Part shown: piece after piece, positions 9,889 through 20,100 of the stretch
Position numbering within the stretch: the first letter of the stretch is position 1
Layout: each line of letters begins with the position of its first letter
Origin: Candidatus Binatia bacterium
Lineage (GTDB): Bacteria > Desulfobacterota > Binatia > Bin18
DNA: 64,000 nt
Assembly (NCBI GenBank): GCA_963664395.2
Contig: OY761159.2
Location: forward strand, 128,001-192,000
Direction: 5' to 3'
Translations under genes and position numbers: made by a program
The notes under the pieces: model-generated
Databases searched by the model: none
Seen by the model: only the letters and a program-made list of their open reading frames with translations
Told to the model about the DNA's origin: nothing

Positions 9889-10878
9889 CTATTGCAGATG
9901 AGGCAGGACCTCAGCGGCAAACTTTTCCATAGAGCGGCGTGAGATGTTGCGATCCATGCCGGGAAAATGGAAGAACAGGACGAGTTCGTCCAGCTTGGTC
10001 TTTTCTTCCAGCTGTTTGATTTCATCGAGCACTTTTTGAGCAGAGCCGGAAAAGAAATTATCCACACTCCGGAAGCCATCCGATTGCAGCTGACGGTCTT
10101 CAGGTTTGTCGTTCGCCTCGAACATCCACTGCGCGTAGCAGTCCATCTGATATTTGACGTGGGGCCAGACTTTTTCCCATTCCTGGTCATAATCATCCGT
10201 CACCAGGCAGGAGCGCAACATGCGTACCTGACCGGGTTCACGGCCCTCCGCCCGACACGCCTGGCGATAAATCTCAATGTCATTATCGTCACCAATGGGG
10301 AGGAAGTGACAACCCATACGCGCGACGCGTTTGATGCCCTTCTCACTCCGCGCCCCGATCATCAGCGGCGGACCGCCTGCCTGCGCCGGGGCTGGGGTAA
10401 CGGTGATATTCGTGTACCGCCAAAACTTCCCCTCGTGAGAAAAAGGCTTTCCCTCCCACGCCTGGCGGAGTACTCGGATGCCTTCGGTCAGTGCTTGGCC
10501 ACGCCGGGTGTGATCTTTTTCAAAACCGATAAACTCCCCAACCCGGTAGCCCTGCCCCAGCCCGAGGACCAAGCGCCCGCCGGAGATGAGATCGACGACT
10601 GCGGCGTCCTCCGCAACGCGCACCGGATCGTGTAAGGGCAGCAGGAGCACGAACGTGCCGAGTCCCACCTTACTGGTACGAGCAGCAACAGCGGACAGCA
10701 CCGCCAGTTGGGAGGGTAAATATCCATCATCAAGAAAATGATGCTCTGTGGTCCACACAGTGTTAAACCCCAGCTCTTCGGCAGAGACCATGTCGTCCAG
10801 CGTATCCTTGTACAGGTCCGGATAAGGCTGGACCCATTGGGGCGGATTACGAAAATCATACAAACAACCAATTTGCAC
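9889..10878 (-). CDS. LLM-class flavin-dependent oxidoreductase
   Basis: AEELGFNTVWTTEHHF, PLHDPVRVAEDAAVVDLISGGRL; GTG start after AGGAGG. Confidence 0.92.
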   Translation of the reverse strand: MQIGCLYDFRNPPQWVQPYPDLYKDTLDDMVSAEELGFNTVWTTEHHFLDDGYLPSQLAVLSAVAARTSKVGLGTFVLLLPLHDPVRVAEDAAVVDLISGGRLVLGLGQGYRVGEFIGFEKDHTRRGQALTEGIRVLRQAWEGKPFSHEGKFWRYTNITVTPAPAQAGGPPLMIGARSEKGIKRVARMGCHFLPIGDDNDIEIYRQACRAEGREPGQVRMLRSCLVTDDYDQEWEKVWPHVKYQMDCYAQWMFEANDKPEDRQLQSDGFRSVDNFFSGSAQKVLDEIKQLEEKTKLDELVLFFHFPGMDRNISRRSMEKFAAEVLPHLQ

Positions 10879-10957
10879 ACTACACCTCCTGCTTACGGTC
10901 GATTATTTTGTTCTCTGGAAATTTGACTGGGCGGCACTTTATGCCTGCAGCCCAAAA

Positions 10958-11758
10958 CTATCCAATACGGGCGCTCTGTCCACCATCAACCGGTAGCAGA
11001 ACGCCGGTAATAAACTGAGCTTCGGCGGATGCCAGGAAGAGCGAGGCGTTGGCAATATCCCAGCCCGTGCCCATTTTCGCCCTCAAAGGCACGGAGGCGT
11101 CACGTTCCTGACGCAATTGCTCCTTGGAGATGCCTCGGGCTTGTGAAATACCCTCAATGGCCATGGGCGTATCCATCAAACCGGGCATAATACAATTCAC
11201 CCGAATGCCGTGTTTGGCGTTGCCTAGGGCCATCTGATGCGTAATCGCGTTCACCCCGGCCTTTGAGGTCTTATACGCCAGAATGCCCACCGCGCAGACC
11301 GCGGCTATTGAAGAAATATTAATAATCGCCCCGCTACGCTGGCCGCGCATAATGGGAAGAACGCATTTGCTCGGCATAATAACGCTCTTCATGTTGACGC
11401 TGAGAATGCGATCCCAGTTTTCTTCCTGCATATTGGTCACACCCGAATCGCCGTCGCCAATGCCAACGTTATTATGCAGGATATCGATACGGCCATAGCG
11501 TTCGACGCAGGCTTCCACCATTTTCTTGCAGTCGGCCTCACTGGTCGCGTCCGCGGCAAAAGAAGACGCGACCCCGCCTTCTTGCTCAATCATGGCCCGC
11601 GTGTCTTGGGCGGATTCAAGCCGACGGTCCACCAACAGCACACTGGCTCCCTCACGGGCATAGACAATCGCCGTGGCCCGGCCATTGCCAATTGTCTCCC
11701 CCGGCGTCTGCCCAGCCCCGACCACAATGGCCACCTTATCCTTCAGTCGATCTCCCAT
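10958..11758 (-). CDS. Short-chain dehydrogenase/reductase
   Basis: DILHNNVG, NISS, YKTSK, IRVNCIMPG, VDGG. Confidence 0.92.
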   Translation of the reverse strand: MGDRLKDKVAIVVGAGQTPGETIGNGRATAIVYAREGASVLLVDRRLESAQDTRAMIEQEGGVASSFAADATSEADCKKMVEACVERYGRIDILHNNVGIGDGDSGVTNMQEENWDRILSVNMKSVIMPSKCVLPIMRGQRSGAIINISSIAAVCAVGILAYKTSKAGVNAITHQMALGNAKHGIRVNCIMPGLMDTPMAIEGISQARGISKEQLRQERDASVPLRAKMGTGWDIANASLFLASAEAQFITGVLLPVDGGQSARIG

Positions 11759-11763
11759 ACTCT

Positions 11764-11888
11764 CTCCTTTTTAATCCCCTCCTTTTTAATCCCCTCCGTC
11801 GGAGGGGTCGCCCGGAGCTTGTCGAAGGGCCGGGGTGGGTTTCCCTTAATCAGTCCCCTCTCCCTCTGGGAGAGGGCCAGGGTGAGGG
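11764..11888. repeat. Composite intergenic repeat: 15-bp tandem duplication, REP-like copy 2 (inverted vs 9354) and a CCCTCTCCC/GGGAGAGGG hairpin
   Basis: CTCCTTTTTAATCCC x2 (11764-11793); GAGCTTGTCGAAGGGCCGGGGTGGGTT (11815-11841); CCCCTCTCCCTCTGGGAGAGGGCCAGGGTGAGGG (11855-11888). Confidence 0.8.
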
Positions 11889-11909
11889 TCCCCTTCAGTG
11901 AGGTTCCCC

Positions 11910-12458
11910 TCAAAACCCCTCCAAGCCCTCATCCAACTGCACGCCCAAAGTATTCAGCGCCATGGACACCAAGTTGTACTGCCCCACGGCAAAGACCACA
12001 TCCATGAGCTGTTTCTTATCAAAATGCTGAAGTAACCCGTTCCAGGTCGCATCGGTGATAAACGCATCCTTACGCAGTTCATCCGTGGCTTGCAGCAAGA
12101 GCTTGTCGGCCTCGCTCCAGCCTCGCGCATTCGGACCGGCTTTAATCCAATCAATCTCCTCAGCAGTCAGTCCGGCTTCCTTGCCAATCAAAACATGCTG
12201 CGCCCACTCATACTCGGCTTCACACAGCCAGCCAATGCGCAGAATGACCAATTCTCTCTCGCGGGGCGGCAGTGTAGATTTGAACAACACGTGATTGCCG
12301 AATACGAGCCAGCGGCGAAATAGATCAGGATGGTGGGCGAGGGTTTTGAAAATATTAAAAACCGTGCCCTTTTCGACATTGGGCTGCAAGGTCTTCTTGA
12401 TCTCCTCAGTCCAGTCTTCAGGTTGAATGGGCTCCAAACGGGGTGTATCGAGCTTCAT
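11910..12458 (-). CDS. Carboxymuconolactone decarboxylase/AhpD-like family protein
   Basis: NIFKTLAHHP, LPPRERELVILRIGWL...YEWAQH. Confidence 0.88.
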   Translation of the reverse strand: MKLDTPRLEPIQPEDWTEEIKKTLQPNVEKGTVFNIFKTLAHHPDLFRRWLVFGNHVLFKSTLPPRERELVILRIGWLCEAEYEWAQHVLIGKEAGLTAEEIDWIKAGPNARGWSEADKLLLQATDELRKDAFITDATWNGLLQHFDKKQLMDVVFAVGQYNLVSMALNTLGVQLDEGLEGF

Positions 12459-12568
12459 GCAGGTCTCCTTTCCTCATCCTTATTTGAGTGAAGGGAACAT
12501 AGCTTGTTCGATATTCCTTTGGAAGATCGCCAGAATAATGATAGAGCGAAACTTATGGGAGATAATCT

Positions 12569-13216
12569 ATGAAACTGTACGAACACCCGGAATCCGGCAA
12601 TAGCCATAAGGTCCGACTCCTGCTGTCCTTTCTCGGCCTTGAATATGAATCCGTTGTTGTCGATCTCATGACCGACGAGCAGCACCAAGCCCCGTTTCTG
12701 TCCGTCAATCCGCGCGGCGAGGTGCCGGTTCTGGTTGACGATGATGTCACTTTGCGTGACTCCATGGCCATCCTGGTCTATCTGGCGACCCAGCATGATG
12801 AGCGCCGGTACTGGCTCCCCAAAGACAGCGCCGACACGGCCGCCGTCATGGAATGGCTGGCCTTTGCGGCCAGTTGGATTCAGTTTGGTGTGTTTACAGC
12901 ACGCGCTCTCGTGTCGTTCGGGATTGCCGGTAATGGCATGCCGCATACGTTCAGCGGCAATGTTGAGGAAGCCCGCCTACGGGGCACGACGTCGCTGACG
13001 ATCATGGAGAAGCAGCTATCCGGGCGAGACTGGCTGTGTGGAGAGACGCCGACGATTGCCGACGTTGCCTGTTTTCCGTATATCGCGCTCGCGCCGATGG
13101 GCGATATTTCCCTGGAGCCCTACCCCGCGGTCCAAGCCTGGATTGCTCGGTTCAAGAAATTGCCCGGCTATCTCACCATGCCGGGGTTGGAGAACCCGGA
13201 CTATCGAAAGGGCTAA
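12569..13216 (+). CDS. Glutathione S-transferase
   Basis: SGNSHKVRL, NPRGEVPVL, DSMAILVYL, TIADVACFPY. Confidence 0.92.
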   Translation: MKLYEHPESGNSHKVRLLLSFLGLEYESVVVDLMTDEQHQAPFLSVNPRGEVPVLVDDDVTLRDSMAILVYLATQHDERRYWLPKDSADTAAVMEWLAFAASWIQFGVFTARALVSFGIAGNGMPHTFSGNVEEARLRGTTSLTIMEKQLSGRDWLCGETPTIADVACFPYIALAPMGDISLEPYPAVQAWIARFKKLPGYLTMPGLENPDYRKG

Positions 13217-13313
13217 GGCGCCGGCATTCCTGCCGGTGACCGGCCTGGCGAGTGCTTGAACCCGCGGGCAAAGAACCATAGGCTGGGCGCGAATAAAGAA
13301 GGAGTAATCGCGT

Positions 13314-14331
13314 ATGAAAGCAAAGAAGGAGGGTCGGACGCCCCCCGCTATCTGGCCCCTCATGCTACTGCTGACAGGATTGATTGCCCCACACGCTGCC
13401 AGCGCCCACAGCGTCGCCCACGAGCAAGACTCGAACAACGACAGGGTCATGGCCGCGCAGAAATACGGCGGGGTGCGCAAGAGCAGCGGGGAGGTGACCG
13501 TCACCTATTACGGCCACATGGCGTTCAAGATCACCTCGCCGCGCGGTATCGAGCTGCTCATTGACCCGTGGCGCAACGATCCGACGCATATGTTCGGCAT
13601 GTGGTATCAGATGCATCTGCCCAAACAGCAGACCGATATCGTGCTCGTCACCCATGCCCACTTCGATCACGACGCAACCGAACGGATCGACGCGAGCATG
13701 ATTCTGGACCGCATGGCCGGGACGTTTGAGTTGGGCGATGTCAAGATTCTCGGAATTGCCGAGAAACATATGTGCGAAGCCCAAGGCAAGTATCCCTTTC
13801 GGAGTGCGGTCATTGCCGCCACCGGCAATGACCCCTGCCCGCCCGACGAGAGGCACCCAATGGAACAATAACCTGTACGTGATCGAAACCGGCGGACTGC
13901 GCTTTCTGCACTGGGGCGACAACCGCCAGAACCCGCCCGAGCATATCTGGGACATGCTGGGCGACATCGACGTAGCGTTTTTGTCGGTCAGCGACGACGG
14001 GCATATCCTGACGCCCAAGTGGGCCGACGTGGTCATGAAAAAGCTCGGGGCCAACATCGTCATTCCGTCTCATTACTACGTCCACGGGATCGGAGTGCCG
14101 CACGCCGGCGGTCTGGAACCGGCGTTGGCGTGGACCAAGACGCACGAACACACCCTGCTTGACAGCCCGACGCTCGTGCTGACACCGGAGAAGGTGAAGC
14201 CGTACAATCAACATGTGATGTATTTTGGCAACCACGTCCCCTTTGCCGTGCCCGGCACGCCACCGGAACCGCAGCCGGACATCCCGCCGGTACCGGAACC
14301 GGCCAAAGCCTGGGAACGCTTTGCCCATTGA
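13314..14331 (+). pseudogene. Secreted MBL-fold metallo-hydrolase, frameshifted near 13851 (pseudogene or assembly error)
   Basis: Frame A gives signal peptide, GHMAF, LIDPW and THAHFDHD. Frame B gives NNLYVIETGGLRFLHWGDN and IVIPSHY. The frames join at GAC GAG A GGC ACC. Confidence 0.8.
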
Positions 14332-14379
14332 CCCGAATTTTCCCATTGACCCGAAACATTACCCCGCAAGGAGAATCGT

Positions 14380-15255
14380 ATGAAATTAGTGACCTTTACC
14401 CAGTCCGGAGCGACCCGTATCGGAGTTGTGGACGGAGACAACGTTGTTGACCTGTTCGCCGCCGCCCCAGACCTTCCCACCGAGATGTGCGCCTTTCTGG
14501 CCGCCGGCGCGGATGCCCTGGCAGGCGCACGGCAGGCCGCTGAAAAGAGCACGGCCCGGATTGCGTTGGCCGAAGTGACCCTGGAAGCGCCCATTCTCCG
14601 CCCGCCAAAGATTCTTGCGGTCGGCCTCAACTATAAAGATCACATTGAAGAAACCGGTATGAAGACGCCGGAAGTTCCCATGATCTTTAATAAGCAATCC
14701 ACCTCAGTGACCGGACCGGGCAAAGGCATCCACGTCCCACGCGCCTCGGACAAAGTGGACTACGAAGGCGAACTTGGGGTAGTCATTGGTCGCTATTGCC
14801 GCCATGTACCAAAGAACCGCGCCGCCGAAGTGATTGCCGGCTACACCATCGCCCACGATGTCAGCGTGCGTGACTGGCAAATTCGCGTTCCAACCTTCAC
14901 CATGGGCAAATCATTCGACACCCACTGTCCGCTGGGACCCTACATCGTGACGCCGGACGAAGTCGGCGACCCGCATAGCTTGGACCTCAAAACCTGGGTG
15001 AACGGCGAGCTGCGGCAAAGCTCGAATACCTGTCAGTTGTTGTTCGACTGCTTTGAGCTGATCGAGCACCTGTCAACGAGTTTCACCTTAGAGCCGGGGG
15101 ATGTCATCTCCACGGGCACCCCGAGCGGTGTGGGTTTTGCCATGAAGCCACCCAATTATCTCAAGCCGGGTGATACGGTCAAAATTGCCATCGACAAGCT
15201 GGGCGAGTTGGAAAACCCGGTAGTCGCCGAGCCGGAGAACACGGTCAGGATGTAG
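14380..15255 (+). CDS. Fumarylacetoacetate hydrolase family protein
   Basis: KILAVGLNYKDH, DYEGELGVVIG, DVSVRD, GKSFD, GDVISTGTP. Confidence 0.93.
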   Translation: MKLVTFTQSGATRIGVVDGDNVVDLFAAAPDLPTEMCAFLAAGADALAGARQAAEKSTARIALAEVTLEAPILRPPKILAVGLNYKDHIEETGMKTPEVPMIFNKQSTSVTGPGKGIHVPRASDKVDYEGELGVVIGRYCRHVPKNRAAEVIAGYTIAHDVSVRDWQIRVPTFTMGKSFDTHCPLGPYIVTPDEVGDPHSLDLKTWVNGELRQSSNTCQLLFDCFELIEHLSTSFTLEPGDVISTGTPSGVGFAMKPPNYLKPGDTVKIAIDKLGELENPVVAEPENTVRM

Positions 15256-15321
15256 GCAACTTCTCCTAAACAGCCCCCTACCTGAAGCTATACTGCGACA
15301 CCCAGCAACGGAGGACACACA

Positions 15322-16194
15322 ATGAGACTTGAAGGAAAAGTCGCGGTTATCACAGGTGGGGCCAGCGGTATGGGACGCTCGACCGTACTCCGTTTTCTCG
15401 ATGAAGGCGCTCGTATTGTGATTGCGGATTTCAACGAAGAAAATGGCACTGGGGTAGTGGCTGAAGCAAAAAATGCCGGTCATGGCGACGCGGTTCGTTT
15501 TATTAAAACAGACGTTGCCAAAGAAGCCGACGTTGAGGCCATGATCAGCCTGGCAACCTCTGAATTTGGCCAGATCGATATTGTGTTCAACAATGCCGGC
15601 GTAGGCGGAGCGGTGGGGCCGATCTGGGATATCGAGGTTGAGGAATGGGACTATACGTTCGATGTGCTCACCAAAGGTGTTTTCCTTGGCATCAAACACG
15701 CCGCCCGAGCCATGAAGCAGCAAGGCCACGGTGGGGCAATTATTAACACCGCCTCAACCGCAGGCTTAAGTGGCGGCAGTGGGCCGCTCGTCTACTCAGC
15801 CGCAAAGGCCGCTGTTATCAATCTGACAAAGGCTGCTGCCGTTCAACTCGCACCCGACCGGATTCGCGTCAACGCGATTTGTCCCGGCGGGATTTTGACC
15901 GGCCTGACCGACCAAGGTGATCCGGCCACAAGCGCAAAATTCCTCGATACGTTTCAGCCCTGGCCCGAACATGGCACAGGCGAAAACATTGCCGGCGCAG
16001 CCCTGTTCCTGGCGAGTGAGGACTCTACGTTCGTCACAGGTGAGGCACTCGTCGTTGATGGCGGACTGACCGCTATTGGACCGGACATGTGGCGACGCTT
16101 TGGTCTGAAACAGGAAGCCCAGGCTCGCAACAGTCACGTCAACCGGGGCTCGACGGGCGAATCGATTACTGCCCGGCGGGTCAAGCCGATATAG
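15322..16194 (+). CDS. Short-chain dehydrogenase/reductase
   Basis: TGGASGMG, NNAG, YSAAK, RVNAICPG. Confidence 0.93.
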   Translation: MRLEGKVAVITGGASGMGRSTVLRFLDEGARIVIADFNEENGTGVVAEAKNAGHGDAVRFIKTDVAKEADVEAMISLATSEFGQIDIVFNNAGVGGAVGPIWDIEVEEWDYTFDVLTKGVFLGIKHAARAMKQQGHGGAIINTASTAGLSGGSGPLVYSAAKAAVINLTKAAAVQLAPDRIRVNAICPGGILTGLTDQGDPATSAKFLDTFQPWPEHGTGENIAGAALFLASEDSTFVTGEALVVDGGLTAIGPDMWRRFGLKQEAQARNSHVNRGSTGESITARRVKPI

Positions 16195-16248
16195 ACAGCC
16201 CTTGGTAGGAAGAGATGGGAGCGGTCACAAGGACAGCGGAGGTGGAGT

Positions 16249-16686
16249 ATGAGGGGACGGAGAGGCGCGTACGGACTGCTGATGGTAGTGGCACTTGGGC
16301 TTACGTGCTTGACCGGTTGTGCATCGTACGAAAAGCGTACCATGGTGGTGACCGCCTACTCGTCCGACAAAATCAGTACCAATTGGCGCCGCGGACGCAT
16401 CCTTTTCTGGCGGGCGTATGTGGCCAGCGGACCGAATAGGGGCAAGCGGAAAATCGTTGGACTGACCGCCAGCGGAACCAAAGCCAAGCATGGCACCGTT
16501 GCCGCGGATACTCGCTATTATCCGTATGGAACGGTTATGAAAATCCCCGGTTATGGCAAAGGCGTAGTCGAGGATATAGGCAGCGCGATTAAGGGCTCTA
16601 ATCGGCTGGATGTCTATTTTTCCACCCGCAAGAAAGCGCTCAAATGGGGGCGGCAAAAGGTGGTTGTGAAAATTCGGCAAGATTAG
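16249..16686 (+). CDS. 3D (Asp-Asp-Asp) domain lipoprotein, lytic transglycosylase-like
   Basis: Lipobox LTGC; TAYS, TASG, VAADTRYYPYGT, EDIGSAIKG, RLDVYF. Confidence 0.88.
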   Translation: MRGRRGAYGLLMVVALGLTCLTGCASYEKRTMVVTAYSSDKISTNWRRGRILFWRAYVASGPNRGKRKIVGLTASGTKAKHGTVAADTRYYPYGTVMKIPGYGKGVVEDIGSAIKGSNRLDVYFSTRKKALKWGRQKVVVKIRQD

Positions 16687-16695
16687 AAAGCAGCA

Positions 16696-17118
16696 ATGCC
16701 TAACGAAACACCTTTTCTCCAGCAGCAACTCAGGGCGCGGCCCTGGTGGATGAATATCCTCTTTGTCTGGTGTGCCTTCCTGGCTCTTGGCGTTCCGGTT
16801 GAACTGATAGTCAAGCCGGTGGCAGAGGACATTGAAGTGTGGTTCGGCTTTGAACTCATGGGCTGGCCGGCAAAGGCCGGCGGCCTGCTGCATGCCCTGA
16901 TCTTTGCCGTGGGGACCTGGGGCTTCTGGAAAATGCGGCCCTGGATGTGGCCCTGGGCCGCGCTGTATGTCGCCCAAGTCGCCCTGAGCCATCTGGTCTG
17001 GAGCGAACTCAGCCCACACGGTCGGGGCTGGCCCATCGGGCTGCTACAAACAGCCGGGATTTCGATTATTGTCGTGCTGCTGTGGCGGGCGAGGCCGCTG
17101 TTTCAGAACAACGAGTAG
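16696..17118 (+). CDS. Hypothetical membrane protein (about 4 TM)
   Basis: Hydrophobic Trp-rich segments; follows the 3D gene by 9 nt. Confidence 0.7.
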   Translation: MPNETPFLQQQLRARPWWMNILFVWCAFLALGVPVELIVKPVAEDIEVWFGFELMGWPAKAGGLLHALIFAVGTWGFWKMRPWMWPWAALYVAQVALSHLVWSELSPHGRGWPIGLLQTAGISIIVVLLWRARPLFQNNE

Positions 17119-17142
17119 GGGCGACGCATGCGTCGCCCCTAC
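17115..17142. repeat. Perfect 28-bp GTAG-type REP palindrome, possible bidirectional terminator
   Basis: GTAGGGGCGACGCATGCGTCGCCCCTAC lies between convergent genes. Confidence 0.85.
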
Positions 17143-20100
17143 CTCACATCCGTAATGACAAAATTCTGACTATTCTGCTGCCACTCCAACAGCACGTTCT
17201 GCCCCAGGCGGGGGAAGTCCTCTACTACACACTCCCCCTCGGCCCCCCGTAGAAACTCTTCCTCTGCCCCTTCCCCCACGGTCGTCACCCGCACCGTCGC
17301 CCGGCCTAACTCCACCCCATCCACGAAGGCCACGACTTCATGCTCCCCATCGCCCAACAGATTCCAGTTGAACAACAGCCCAAAGCCGTTGTCCGTATCG
17401 CCACACACGCTGGCCGTGTCCAGCCGCTCCGTCCCATACGCCGCCACCTGCGGGGCTCCGTTCAACTCCAGTTCCACCCGGTCGGCGTCACACACCCAGC
17501 CCGACAGGACGCCCACCCCACTTTGGAACGAGAGATCGCCGGGGTTCTCCAGATAGCCCTGCACAAAGGTGACGACCACATCGTAGCCCCCGGTTGCCCC
17601 CCCCTGCCCTTGTACGGCCACGACGACTGGGCCGGCCTGCACGAGGGCACCAAGCCGGTCGTCTTGCGGATCGCCACGCGTGGAGCCGGACGCCAATATC
17701 CTGTCGTTCTGCCAGATGGTCCCGCGGGTCTGTACTCCGCCGAAGGTGTCCACAAAGACCAGTCCTCGGCCGGGGGCGGTCACGGTCAAATAATCTACGT
17801 CGGCGGCCGGACAGATGGCTCCGGCAGTTGTAGCAGACAAGGCAATATCAGTGGCTTGCGCCGCGCTGTTACCGTGTAAATCCTCCGTGCAGTCAGGACC
17901 ACGACCGCCGCCACCACCACCGCCACCACCACCGCCACCAGGACCAGGACCAGGACCGGGCGGTCCTGGCGGTCGGGGCGGCGAAGACGAGACGGTGATG
18001 AAGACGGGGACTTCGTCGGATTCCCCGGACGGGTCAGAGGCGATCACGGTGACCTGGTAGGGCTTCTGGGGTTCATCAGCCTTCGTGCTGATCGTGCGCT
18101 GCCCGAGTGACCGCGTCACTTGGTCCGCACAGGGCGATAGTCCCCCTGGACCTACCGTGATCTGTCCGCTGATCCAGTCGATATCGAAACAGGCCGCGTC
18201 CGCGTCCTTTTCGTCCAGCGTGTAGGTGAGCGGGTAATCCTCTGGGTCCTCGGCCCTCACCGTCCCGACGCGGCTCCCCGCCCCCGCGTTGGCTCCGACG
18301 GTGAGGGTGGCCGAGGGCGCGGGAAATGCCGGGGGAGCATTGTTGACCGGCGCCGTCCGCACCGCATGGGGCGCAACGATCTGCGCGCTCTTGGTCTCGT
18401 TGAGGTCGGCTCCATCGGTATACGTCACCGTGACACGCAGGTACCAGCCCTCATCATCAGTCTCCGGCGTATAGCTGGCGGCGGGCGTCCCCCTGACGGC
18501 CTCCCACGTCTGCTTATCCTGTGACCGCTCCCAGACCCAGTCGGTGGAGACGAGGCCGTCGGGATCGGTCAGGATGGCAGTCAACGCGGTATCGACCTGC
18601 GGCTGCACCGACGACAGGGTCAGATTGCCTGCTTCATCCTCGTTGGTCACGGTAACAGTCACGGGCAGCCCAGCCGTCAGCTCTCCATCGAAGGCCTCTA
18701 CGGTCACCTCGTAGTCGTTGTCGCGGTTGAAGTCGGTGGCCTCTTCGCGGTTGGGCGGGATGAGAAAGGTGAGGACGCCGTTGTTGATCGAGAAGGTCGT
18801 CCTGTCAGCTCCCGACAGCACCCACCGAATCGGGTCGTGCTCCGGGTCGGTGGCACGGTAGGTGGCAACTGGTCCCGTGTCGTTCTCCTCGTAGTCGTTA
18901 ATGGCAATCGGCCCAGTCAGCGTGGGCGACTCGTTGACGTTGGTGACACTGACGGTGACGGTCTGTCTCGCGGTATGGCTCCCGGCGGAGGCTTCCACGG
19001 TCACGGTGTAGCTGCTAGCCGCCTCGTAGTCGGGCGGGGTGAGGAAGCGCAGGATGCCGCCGTTGAGATTGATGTCTTCGAAGGCGTTGCGGTCAGCTCC
19101 CGCCAGCGCCCAAGTGAGCGGTTCCTGCTCCGGGTCGGTCGCGCTGAAGGTAGCAACTATCCCGGTGTCGTTCTCCTCGTACGGGACGCTGGTCCGGCCG
19201 GTCAGCGTGAGCGGTTCATCTACGTCGGAGATGTCGATGGTCACAACGATGGAGGCGGAGGCTCCAGAGGGGTCGGTGGCCGTCACGGTGACGGCGTAGC
19301 TATCCTTTGTCTCGCGGTCCAACTCCGTCCCCTCGGCCACCGTCAGTTGGCCGGTATCGGGGTTGAGGTCAAACGAACCGGTGTCAGCGCCCGAGAGCGT
19401 GTAGGTCAGCAGGTCTTTGTCCACCTCGTCCGCATCCGTTGCCGTCACCGGGGCGCCGACGGGACTCTCTGCTGCCGCGTTCTCCTGGACGCTCCGGGTC
19501 GTGGTAGCAGCCGGGAATTGTGGTGGGTTCCTGCCCTGCTCATCCCTTACCGGATTGGCGGCCATACGCTGGAGCTCTTTGCTGACGGGATCATCATATC
19601 CATCGGTGTAGGTCACCCTGACCCGCAGGGAGTCGCCCACGTCATCGCTCGCCGGTGTGTAGCTGTTTGAGGTCTCACCATCAATGACCGTCCACGTGCT
19701 CCTGTCCGAGGAGCGCTCCCAGACCCAGGTGGAGTCGGAGACGATGTCGGGATCGCTCAGGGTGGCCGTCAGCGCGGTGGCCTCCTGTGGCTGCTCCGAC
19801 GACAGGGTCAGGCTGCCTGCTTCGTCCAGGTTGTTGACGGTGACGGTGAGGGGCTGCGGCGTGGTGAGGTCTCCATCAGAGGCGACCACGGTCACTTCAT
19901 AGTTGTTGTTGCCGTCGGCGTCGGCGCGCGCCTCGAAGTTGGGAGCAGGGGCGAAGTTCAGAACGCCGTTGGTGATGGTGAAGTCGTCATCGTCGTTTCC
20001 GGTCACCGACCAAATGACGGTCGCGCCCTCCGGGTCCGTGGCGGTGTAGCGGGCGACCTGGGCCGTGTTGTTCTCGTCATACAGTGGAACGCTGGTCGGT

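Noticed and set aside
17905-17975. CCG/CCA triplet run as a phase-variable microsatellite
   Set aside because: Mixed codons encode the in-frame Gly/Pro hinge of the giant protein.
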